NCBI GenBank assembly: GCA_044227505.1
Contig: JBGAWP010000011.1
Span: 424-64,423, forward strand
Source: Chitinophagales bacterium
GTDB taxonomy: Bacteria > Bacteroidota > Bacteroidia > Chitinophagales > BACL12
Direction: 5' to 3'
DNA length: 64,000 nt
Made by a program: the position numbers and the translations under genes. The notes under the pieces were generated by a model that was given only the letters and a program-made list of their open reading frames with translations, did no database searches and was not told the origin of the DNA. Each line of letters begins with the position of its first letter. Position 1 is the first letter of the stretch. This document shows, piece by piece, positions 56,956 to 64,000 of this stretch.

Positions 56956-57867
56956 ATGAACGTCGATATTCAGTTCTGGATAATTTTTAATGTATTTGTA
57001 CTTATCATGTTAGCGCTTGATCTGGGCGTTTTCAACCGCAAGGCGCATGTTGTTTCGGTAAAGGAAGCACTTACCTGGACTGGAGTTTGGATCTTTTTGG
57101 CATTAGTATTTAATGTTATTCTCTATTATTGGATGGGTAAACAGCCGGCCCTCGAATTTTTTACCGGGTATCTTATAGAAAAGGCACTCAGCGTAGATAA
57201 TATCTTTGTTTTTATCATGATATTTACCTACTTCCAGGTTCCTCCACAATACCAGCATAAAGTACTTTTTTGGGGGATCATTGGAGCACTTGTAATGCGC
57301 ATTATATTCATTTTTGCCGGAGTTGCACTCATAGAAAAATTTCACTTTACGATCTATATTTTCGGTGCTTTACTGTTATTCACCGGATATAAAATGTTTG
57401 GACACAAGAGTGAAATACATCCTGAAAAAAATCCTCTGATATGTTTTTTCAAAAGATTTATGCCGATTACACCGGAATTGCATCAGGATAAATTTTTTGT
57501 GAAAATAGATGGGAAACGATTTGCTACACCACTTTTTCTGGTATTGATACTTATTGAAACAACAGATCTGATATTTGCTGTAGACAGTATTCCTGCAATA
57601 CTTGCAATCACGCAGAATCAATTTATTGTCTATACCTCCAATGTATTTGCTATTCTCGGTTTACGTTCCTTATACTTCGCTTTATCCGGAATTATTCATC
57701 GTTTCTGGTTATTGAGTTATGGATTGGCGATTGTGCTCATTTTTGTAGGATTAAAGATGATGCTCATCGATGTTTATAAAGTTCCTATTGAATGGTCACT
57801 CATTTTTATTGCCACGGTAATAACAGCAAGCGTTATATTCTCGTTGAAGATTAGAAAACCAAATTAA
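56956..57867 (+). CDS. TerC-family integral membrane protein
   Basis: Multi-TM protein with GYLIEKALSVDNIFVF and ETTDLIFAVDSIPAILAIT blocks. Confidence 0.9.
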   Translation: MNVDIQFWIIFNVFVLIMLALDLGVFNRKAHVVSVKEALTWTGVWIFLALVFNVILYYWMGKQPALEFFTGYLIEKALSVDNIFVFIMIFTYFQVPPQYQHKVLFWGIIGALVMRIIFIFAGVALIEKFHFTIYIFGALLLFTGYKMFGHKSEIHPEKNPLICFFKRFMPITPELHQDKFFVKIDGKRFATPLFLVLILIETTDLIFAVDSIPAILAITQNQFIVYTSNVFAILGLRSLYFALSGIIHRFWLLSYGLAIVLIFVGLKMMLIDVYKVPIEWSLIFIATVITASVIFSLKIRKPN

Positions 57868-57959
57868 TTGTTGAGACTATAGTTAAATTAACTATTAATG
57901 AGCTCAAATGTATTCTATGTGACCCCATAAAATAGGCCCCTTTTATTTAGTAAGTGTTA

Positions 57960-58415
57960 CTATTCAGAAAGTTGATGTGCTATTGCTTGCCATACCAGTT
58001 CACTTTCATAACCGCGTGAAACCATATATCTCGCAACTTTATTTTTTGTTTCAAATTCGTTATTTGTTTTATATTTTTTCAGGGTGGAGGATAGTAATTT
58101 ATGGAGTGTATTTAAATAATCTTCCTCCCCTATTTCTTCCATTCCTTTTTTAATACAATAGGCAGAAACTTTGCGTTTTTTTAATTCATTGATTATCTTC
58201 CCCCTGCCCCATTTTTTTATCCGGAATTTTCCACCGGCATATGCTTTTGCAAACCTTTCCTCATTTAAAAAATCATCTTCAATTAATTTATTAATTATCT
58301 CCTCCAGGTCATCGCCATAAATTTTCAGCGATAACAATTTTGTGCGCACTTCCTCATGGCATCGTTCCTGGTAAGCACAATAATGGCGGAGTTTATTATA
58401 TATCACATCGTTCAT
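57960..58415 (-). CDS. recX: Regulatory protein RecX
   Basis: L..YCAYQERCHEEVRTKL and repeated helical RecX modules (DDFLNEERFAKAYA), 151 aa. Confidence 0.85.
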   Translation of the reverse strand: MNDVIYNKLRHYCAYQERCHEEVRTKLLSLKIYGDDLEEIINKLIEDDFLNEERFAKAYAGGKFRIKKWGRGKIINELKKRKVSAYCIKKGMEEIGEEDYLNTLHKLLSSTLKKYKTNNEFETKNKVARYMVSRGYESELVWQAIAHQLSE

Positions 58416-58423
58416 CAGTTCCT

Positions 58424-58460
58424 AAAAAATAGAAACCGGCAAAATAATTCTGCCGGTTTC
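58424..58460 (-). terminator. Rho-independent terminator downstream of the DUF4389 gene
   Basis: Stem gaaaccggca/tgccggtttc is followed on the minus strand by tatttttt. Confidence 0.7.
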
Positions 58461-58488
58461 AAACAAATTTAAACTTTTTATATAAATA

Positions 58489-59112
58489 TTAAACCTGATC
58501 CAAAGGTTTTTCTTCTGCTTCCATTTCATCCGGTTTTCCATTGAATGGAGGATAAACATCCAGAAAAAAGGCAAGATATAAACTCAACCTGGTTGCCCAT
58601 CTGAAAGTACCCACATTAAACTTATGCCATCCTGCGGGATATTTTCCTGTAAAAAGGACTGCCCACCAAGCTAAAAATATTAAAAAATAGGTGGCGATCA
58701 TTCGAACGTATAAACAAACTATATGCGGAATACCTGCATACAACCAACCAAAAAAAGATCTCAATAATAACTGTCCACGGCCAATATGATTATGTTCGAA
58801 ATGTACTTCTGTTTTGTCGTCGGTACCATTTGGTCCAAAAGAAGGATATCCATCACATAAGTTCATGAGGCGTGATCCGAGTCTGAGTCCCCAACGCGTA
58901 TAAGCTAACATCGCTGTGTAATAAAACTCCGGAGTTTTACCAGTGAACAAAATGATCCACCATGCAACAAATTGTGCTATGGAAACCCAGATTCCATAAA
59001 ATAAAAGCAAAATCATGTGTGGAATCAGAATGTAAAGCCATCCAAAAAAGGATCGCAGTAACAACTCACCACGAGAGTATGACTCCTGGTGGGTAACGTT
59101 AAATTTCAACAT
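58489..59112 (-). CDS. DUF4389 domain-containing membrane protein (two internal repeats)
   Basis: RGELLLRSFFGWLYILIPHMILL and RGQLLLRSFFGWLYAGIPHIVCL form duplicated modules, each followed by ILFTGK.P. Confidence 0.8.
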   Translation of the reverse strand: MLKFNVTHQESYSRGELLLRSFFGWLYILIPHMILLLFYGIWVSIAQFVAWWIILFTGKTPEFYYTAMLAYTRWGLRLGSRLMNLCDGYPSFGPNGTDDKTEVHFEHNHIGRGQLLLRSFFGWLYAGIPHIVCLYVRMIATYFLIFLAWWAVLFTGKYPAGWHKFNVGTFRWATRLSLYLAFFLDVYPPFNGKPDEMEAEEKPLDQV

Positions 59113-59214
59113 AGAAGTGGTTTTAGGTTAAAAAATGTAACCAAATATACCAAAGCTATTTCGAAACAACCAAACAGATGTCCACAATTTAATATTAATT
59201 TGATATGTCAAATG

Positions 59215-60666
59215 CTATTCAGCGGTGGTCTCATAGGCCCCGATGTCGGGCAAAGTGCCCGGAAAAGGTCTTAATTCACCCCTGATATCATCAATTACCG
59301 GGTCAGCTATTATGAAAGTTCCTGCATTGAGAGCAGGTGAAAATTCCCCGGGACAATAATTTCTTTCACCAATATTTGCAAAGGATGCATTTTCATTAAA
59401 TATACAATTTGCATCGTTTAAGAGATCCTGATTTATATCGGTGCGCAGAATGCAATAGTCAAAATTGAAATTAAACGGCGCAACAGGAGATAAAGACGTA
59501 TCAATCACAATTTCATTGCCTTCGGCTATCGACCCTTCTACAATACAGTTCGTAAAATTCGCCTTTGTGAGTTCATCGGTGATCACCGTTTCTGAATTAA
59601 ATGCGAAATAATCAAATATTCCTAAAATTGGAGTTTGATGTGCGAGATAGGTTGAACTGTAATTCGCAAAGGTGCAATGTCTGAAATCATAATCTCCACC
59701 CATAAATAAAGCACAATTGCTTAATCCGATATTATAGATTAAAACATTGGTCGCTTTAATTTTACTGTTCAGGGAAAGCAATCCGTTATTCTGACAATCG
59801 TAGATCATGGTATTGGAAATTGTCAGCTCAGGCAAATAATCTTTGTAATATTCCAGATCAGGTGTAGTGCTGTATCCAAGGGCTATTCCATCATTTGCAT
59901 TTTTTATTTCGGTGTAGATCATAGTGTTCAAATAACTACCGCGCAAAAAATAAATGCCTTCCCACTGACCGGGTACATCTTTGTAAAAATCCTCCAATCT
60001 ATCTCCCTGAAAAGAAACTATACTATCTTTTGTTCCAATCACATTCAATGTTCCTAACACATAAAAATAACTTCCTCCGTGCATGTGAATATTTGTTCCT
60101 TCCGTAATGGTAAGTGTACATAATGTATCCACCAAAACAGAACCAATAATTACATGCGGAAGATCATCCGTCCAGGTGGTATCGCATACTATCTCCCCAA
60201 AATGAAAATGTGCATTTTGTCCGAGTGCAATTAATTTCACATCCTGCAAATTTCCATTTGTTTCGAAAAGTATGGAATCTTCAATAATATATGGCAGAGC
60301 CTCTGCATTTGGGTCAACTGTAACTTCGATAAAAATATATAAACTGTCATTTCCGGGAATTTCAATATCGTGAAAAACAACCCCTGATTCACCATCCACA
60401 TTCATACGGAATTGTGAGCCTTCTCCACCTGAAAGTTCGATGGTGGAAATGGAAATTGGATCGTTATAGGTATTAAAAATTTTAAGGGGAATGGTGATAG
60501 AACCCACTGTTGTAAAAACAGTGTCGAAATGCACAGTGTCCTCGCTGAACTGCAGTTTAGCATTAGCATCAGTCACAAAAACATCTTTGCGACAACTTTG
60601 TACCGATAAAATGAGCAGTAAGGATAAGGTAATTGGTATGTAAATCCGGATATTTCTGAAATGCAT
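59215..60666 (-). CDS. Hypothetical lipoprotein with right-handed beta-helix-like region (start moved to MHFRNIRIY.. at 60666)
   Basis: Lipobox-like LSVQSC. CDTTWTDDLPHVIIGSVLVDTLCTLTITEGTNIHM resembles the entry of the beta-helix paralogs at 44508 and 49901. Confidence 0.68.
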   Translation of the reverse strand: MHFRNIRIYIPITLSLLLILSVQSCRKDVFVTDANAKLQFSEDTVHFDTVFTTVGSITIPLKIFNTYNDPISISTIELSGGEGSQFRMNVDGESGVVFHDIEIPGNDSLYIFIEVTVDPNAEALPYIIEDSILFETNGNLQDVKLIALGQNAHFHFGEIVCDTTWTDDLPHVIIGSVLVDTLCTLTITEGTNIHMHGGSYFYVLGTLNVIGTKDSIVSFQGDRLEDFYKDVPGQWEGIYFLRGSYLNTMIYTEIKNANDGIALGYSTTPDLEYYKDYLPELTISNTMIYDCQNNGLLSLNSKIKATNVLIYNIGLSNCALFMGGDYDFRHCTFANYSSTYLAHQTPILGIFDYFAFNSETVITDELTKANFTNCIVEGSIAEGNEIVIDTSLSPVAPFNFNFDYCILRTDINQDLLNDANCIFNENASFANIGERNYCPGEFSPALNAGTFIIADPVIDDIRGELRPFPGTLPDIGAYETTAE

Positions 60667-60797
60667 AATCTTAATTAGCGGGATAACGCAAAAAACGATT
60701 TGTTTATGCTTCAAAGGTAGCCATTTATTTACATAGCTTTTAAAATTTACATTTCTCAAACAAAATGTAACACCCTTATCTTCGCAAAAAAATTGAT

Positions 60798-61613
60798 ATG
60801 AAAGGTTATACTCTGTTATTATTAATTGTTACCGGATCATTATTCATGGCCTGTAAAGGGAAAAAGGATAAATCGGATCAGTCAACCATTACCGACATCC
60901 CTGAGCAGCAGCCCATTGCAGTGAGCGGAATGCGCCAGGATACACTGGAAATTCCATCCGCTGACGGTTTAGTGATGCGCGTAGTGATGTATTCTATCGA
61001 TAGCACCTCACCTGTTATCGTCTTGTGTCATCAGGCTAAAATGAATAATTATGAATATGCGGAGATAGCTCCGAAATTGAATGCCATGGGTTATAATTGC
61101 CTTGCACTTGATCAAAGAAGCGGTGGTGCAATTGATATCCACGATAATAAAACAAATGCCAATGCTCTTGCAGCGAATAAAGAAACGACCTATCAGTCTG
61201 CAATTCCCGATATTGAAGCCGGGGTTAATTATGCTTACGAAACCTGGGGACAACCTGTTATACTTTGGGGAAGCAGTTATTCCGCATCCTTATGCTTAAA
61301 GGTTGCAATGGAAAATGAACATGTAAAAGCAGTTGTGGGATTTAGTCCAATTGCAAAATTTGACGATGGAACTTCTGCTGCCGATTACTTTAAAAATTAC
61401 AATACCAAACCCATTTTTATCACCTCTACCGAAAAAGAGGCCGGTGCGCTTGAGAAGGCCTTTAAACATCTTCCGGAAAATGTTTTAACCCAATACTATC
61501 CCGACACAAAAGGCACACATGGTTCTAAGGCGCTTTGGAGCAGTGATCCGGCGAATGAATATTATTGGGAAGCGGTGAGTTCTTGGCTTTCGAAATTGAC
61601 AATTGACAATTGA
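60798..61613 (+). CDS. Alpha/beta hydrolase-fold lipoprotein
   Basis: Lipobox LFMAC. VIVLCHQA and the nucleophile-elbow-like WGSSYSA. The last codons are encoded by the AATTGAC heptamer array. Confidence 0.72.
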   Translation: MKGYTLLLLIVTGSLFMACKGKKDKSDQSTITDIPEQQPIAVSGMRQDTLEIPSADGLVMRVVMYSIDSTSPVIVLCHQAKMNNYEYAEIAPKLNAMGYNCLALDQRSGGAIDIHDNKTNANALAANKETTYQSAIPDIEAGVNYAYETWGQPVILWGSSYSASLCLKVAMENEHVKAVVGFSPIAKFDDGTSAADYFKNYNTKPIFITSTEKEAGALEKAFKHLPENVLTQYYPDTKGTHGSKALWSSDPANEYYWEAVSSWLSKLTIDN

Positions 61614-62040
61614 CAATTGAACAGCCGGGATTGCGGTTGGATGATACTTTTCGATCTTTTGTTCGGAGTTCTGACATGTAGTAGATCTCCTTCGTCGATC
61701 ACTACATGTTTCAGTTCTGTGTTCTGAGTTGGAGTTCTCGGATCACGTTTGGTTTCCTCACCACTCACCACTCACCTATTGGGTTCTGGGTTTTATGTTA
61801 GTTCTCGGTTGAGGATGGGTTTTCTTACCATTCAACTCTCATCGTGAATCGTCAATCGTGAAGCGTGAGTCCGATCCTAACACGGATCAAACTCATTACT
61901 CATTACTCATTATTCATTTGGTGAATCGTGAGCCTGCCTGACGGCAGTCAGGTCCGATCCCTTCTCAGATCAATCTCACTACTCACCACTCACCATTCAC
62001 CCAATTCCCAATTATCTCTTAAATTAAAATATCTTCGTAC
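61594..62040. repeat. Mosaic of short-word arrays and hairpins
   Basis: In order: AATTGAC x4, TGAACAGCCGG, hairpin element copy 2, GTTCTGAG words, CCACTCAC words, AATCGTGA words, GGATCAAACTCATTACTCAT, a CCTGCC hairpin, then CCACTCAC words. All were read directly. Several modules are shared with 12739-13248, 42076-42178 and 8659-8732. Confidence 0.9.
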
Positions 62041-62062
62041 TGCTTTCGTCATAATCTCTTGT

Positions 62063-62668
62063 ATGGACGATAGTTTACATTTGGGCAACTTAATGACTCA
62101 GCAACAAAATGCCATTATTGAACAAGCGGTTAAAAATGAACGCAAAAAGCTATTGCAGTTTATCAAGACCCGTGTGGCAAATGAGGAAGATGCCCGCGAC
62201 ATTCTTCAGGATGTCTTTTATCAGTTAGCTTCAAACCGCGGTATGGTAGAAAATATAGAGAACATGGCTTCATGGCTCTATAGAGTTACCAGAAACAAGA
62301 TCATCGACTGGTATCGCAAACGCAAAACGGAATCTATTGACACTTCAGCCGCTTATGGTGATGAGGAGGAGGATGGATATTTTTCAGGACTATCCACTAT
62401 TTCTTCCTCCGATTCTGACAATCCCGATCAGGTTTTTGAACGCCAGATGGTTTGGGAAACCATGTATGAGGCTTTAAGTGAATTACCGACAGAGCAACGC
62501 GAAGTTTTTATTTTACATGAACTGGAAAGTAAAAGTTTTATTGAAATTTCCGAGGAGACCGGAGTTTCCGTGAATACGTTACTATCGCGAAAACGTTACG
62601 CCGTATTGCATTTGCGCGAAAAGTTACAAGGTTTATACGACGATTTTTTTAATAAAGAACAACAATAA
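62063..62668 (+). CDS. ECF-type RNA polymerase sigma-70 family factor (start at ATG 62063 or 62093; upstream track codons are repeat DNA)
   Basis: Region 2 (DARDILQDVFYQL...WLYRVTRNKIIDWYRKR) and region 4 (LPTEQREVFILHELESKSFIEISEETGVSVNTLLSRKRYA). Confidence 0.88.
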   Translation: MDDSLHLGNLMTQQQNAIIEQAVKNERKKLLQFIKTRVANEEDARDILQDVFYQLASNRGMVENIENMASWLYRVTRNKIIDWYRKRKTESIDTSAAYGDEEEDGYFSGLSTISSSDSDNPDQVFERQMVWETMYEALSELPTEQREVFILHELESKSFIEISEETGVSVNTLLSRKRYAVLHLREKLQGLYDDFFNKEQQ

Positions 62669-62679
62669 AAAATATTTTT

Positions 62680-63150
62680 ATGGAATCTAATGAAAGATAT
62701 AAGAACGAATTTAAGGATGAATTCAAAGCGGAATTCAAAAACAAATTCACAAAAAAAATTAAATATGGCATCGGATGGTTAATTGCAGGTGCATTTATGA
62801 TCACCATTATGGGATTTGCCACCATGTTTTTATGGAATTGGCTGATACCTGTTGTTTTTAACGGAGGTACAGTTACTTTCTGGCAGGCTATTGGATTGCT
62901 TGCACTCGGTAAATTGCTTACCGGATTCGGAGGCATGGGCAACCACTCCTGGAAAGGAAAACACGGATGGAAAAGCCATGGAATGTATGACAGAAGTTAC
63001 TGGAAAAATAGAATGGAGCAAAAAATGCAACACATGTCGCCTGAGGAAAAGGAGAAGTTTAAAAATTATTATTATGATCGCTGCGGATGGCGTTTGAGTG
63101 ATAAGGATACAAAGGGCACTGACTCGAAATTAACAGAAGAAAGTGTTTAG
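62680..63150 (+). CDS. Small membrane protein co-transcribed with the ECF sigma factor (possible anti-sigma or partner)
   Basis: It starts 11 nt after the sigma gene. It has two TM segments (GWLIAGAFMITIMGFATMFLW; FWQAIGLLALGKLL) and a basic/aromatic C-terminal tail. Confidence 0.62.
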   Translation: MESNERYKNEFKDEFKAEFKNKFTKKIKYGIGWLIAGAFMITIMGFATMFLWNWLIPVVFNGGTVTFWQAIGLLALGKLLTGFGGMGNHSWKGKHGWKSHGMYDRSYWKNRMEQKMQHMSPEEKEKFKNYYYDRCGWRLSDKDTKGTDSKLTEESV

Positions 63151-63180
63151 ATGAGACTTTAATTGCTAAAATCATTGATT

Positions 63181-63220
63181 AAAGATCCTGCTTTTTAAAC
63201 AAGCAGGATCTTTTATTTTA
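63181..63220 (+). terminator. Rho-independent terminator
   Basis: 12-bp stem aagatcctgctt/aagcaggatctt followed by a T run. Confidence 0.78.
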
Positions 63221-63272
63221 TATTGTCGGGTAGATTTTAATATCTTTAGACTTCATAAAAAAAACCATTCTA

Positions 63273-64000
63273 ATGAAAATTCTAATTCCTCAATTCCTGC
63301 AAAAGCATAGTTTAACTTATTTTGCAATTACTTTTCTATTCACCTTGATCTCACTCACTGTTTCTGCACAACACAAAGTGAATGTAGAACTTAGTGAACT
63401 TTATGAAGAACCAAAAAACTCAACTGTATTTGATGTTGTGGGGTATGATGATGGCGGTTTCGTGTTTGGAAGATTTACCAGAAAAGGATTTTACAATTTA
63501 AATATCTCCATGGAGAAATACAGTAAGGCATTAAAATTCCTGACGATACGTGATTATGAATTTGAGATAGATGGAGAAGACATGACATATAGCAATCCCT
63601 TTTATTTTCACGATAAGATCTATTTGTTTGGGAGCACAACAATTAAAAAAACTAAAAAAACCAATGTGTATTATCATGAGGTTGACCCTAAAACGTTAAA
63701 TACAAAGGGGAATCCTGTATTATTAAAGTCAATACAGGAATCTGATAACGGCAGTATTGCACTAGCTAATTATGTAATGTCAAATGATGAACAAACACTT
63801 GCCTTTTATGGTTTACCCGGATACATTAAAAAGTCGATGGTTTTAGCAGGAATTCCGGTTCAATTTAGTTCTAATAAAGAGGAAACAAAAGGTAGCATTT
63901 CTGTATATGGGGATAAAATGGTAAAACAATGGGAGATCGATTTTACCTTACCCTACGAGGAAAAATTATATAGTATTACCGGTGTTGATCTTGACAATGC
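63273..64000 (+). CDS. Hypothetical secreted protein, 3' end beyond the window
   Basis: Hand translation from ATG 63273 is open to the window edge (242 codons). It has a signal peptide (FLFTLISLTVSAQ). It is absent from the ORF track because no stop is reached. Confidence 0.6.
   Translation, partial: MKILIPQFLQKHSLTYFAITFLFTLISLTVSAQHKVNVELSELYEEPKNSTVFDVVGYDDGGFVFGRFTRKGFYNLNISMEKYSKALKFLTIRDYEFEIDGEDMTYSNPFYFHDKIYLFGSTTIKKTKKTNVYYHEVDPKTLNTKGNPVLLKSIQESDNGSIALANYVMSNDEQTLAFYGLPGYIKKSMVLAGIPVQFSSNKEETKGSISVYGDKMVKQWEIDFTLPYEEKLYSITGVDLDN

Overview
The window looks like a low-GC Bacteroidota chromosomal segment. The evidence is at least nine proteins ending in T9SS-type C-terminal sorting domains (..YPNP..GIYF.. 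tails), a DUF721 gene directly after recF, and an exbB-exbD pair. Housekeeping genes include groES-groEL, recF, pdhA, ribH, rarA, rmuC, recX, phhA, two DEAD-box helicases, one tRNA(CAU), an ECF sigma factor, a TerC protein and a VIT1/ferritin-like protein. I found no rRNA, CRISPR array, prophage, integrase or recognisable defence operon. The only transposase-like gene is an IS200/RAYT-type Y1 gene flanked by REP-like hairpins. Four things stand out. (1) Most intergenic spacers hold arrays of degenerate 7-9 nt tandem 'words' and small hairpins, assembled into mosaic elements that recur at several loci. (2) An approximately 83-bp unit is repeated four times in tandem downstream of rmuC. (3) A TonB-dependent receptor lacks a SusD partner and is instead flanked by two paralogous T9SS-sorted beta-helix proteins, followed by a BNR-like protein. 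This is a candidate uncharacterised uptake locus. (4) A secreted TolB/discoidin-like gene with a CxxCH motif is split by a frameshift at a T-run. All functional calls come from motif recognition by eye, with no database search.
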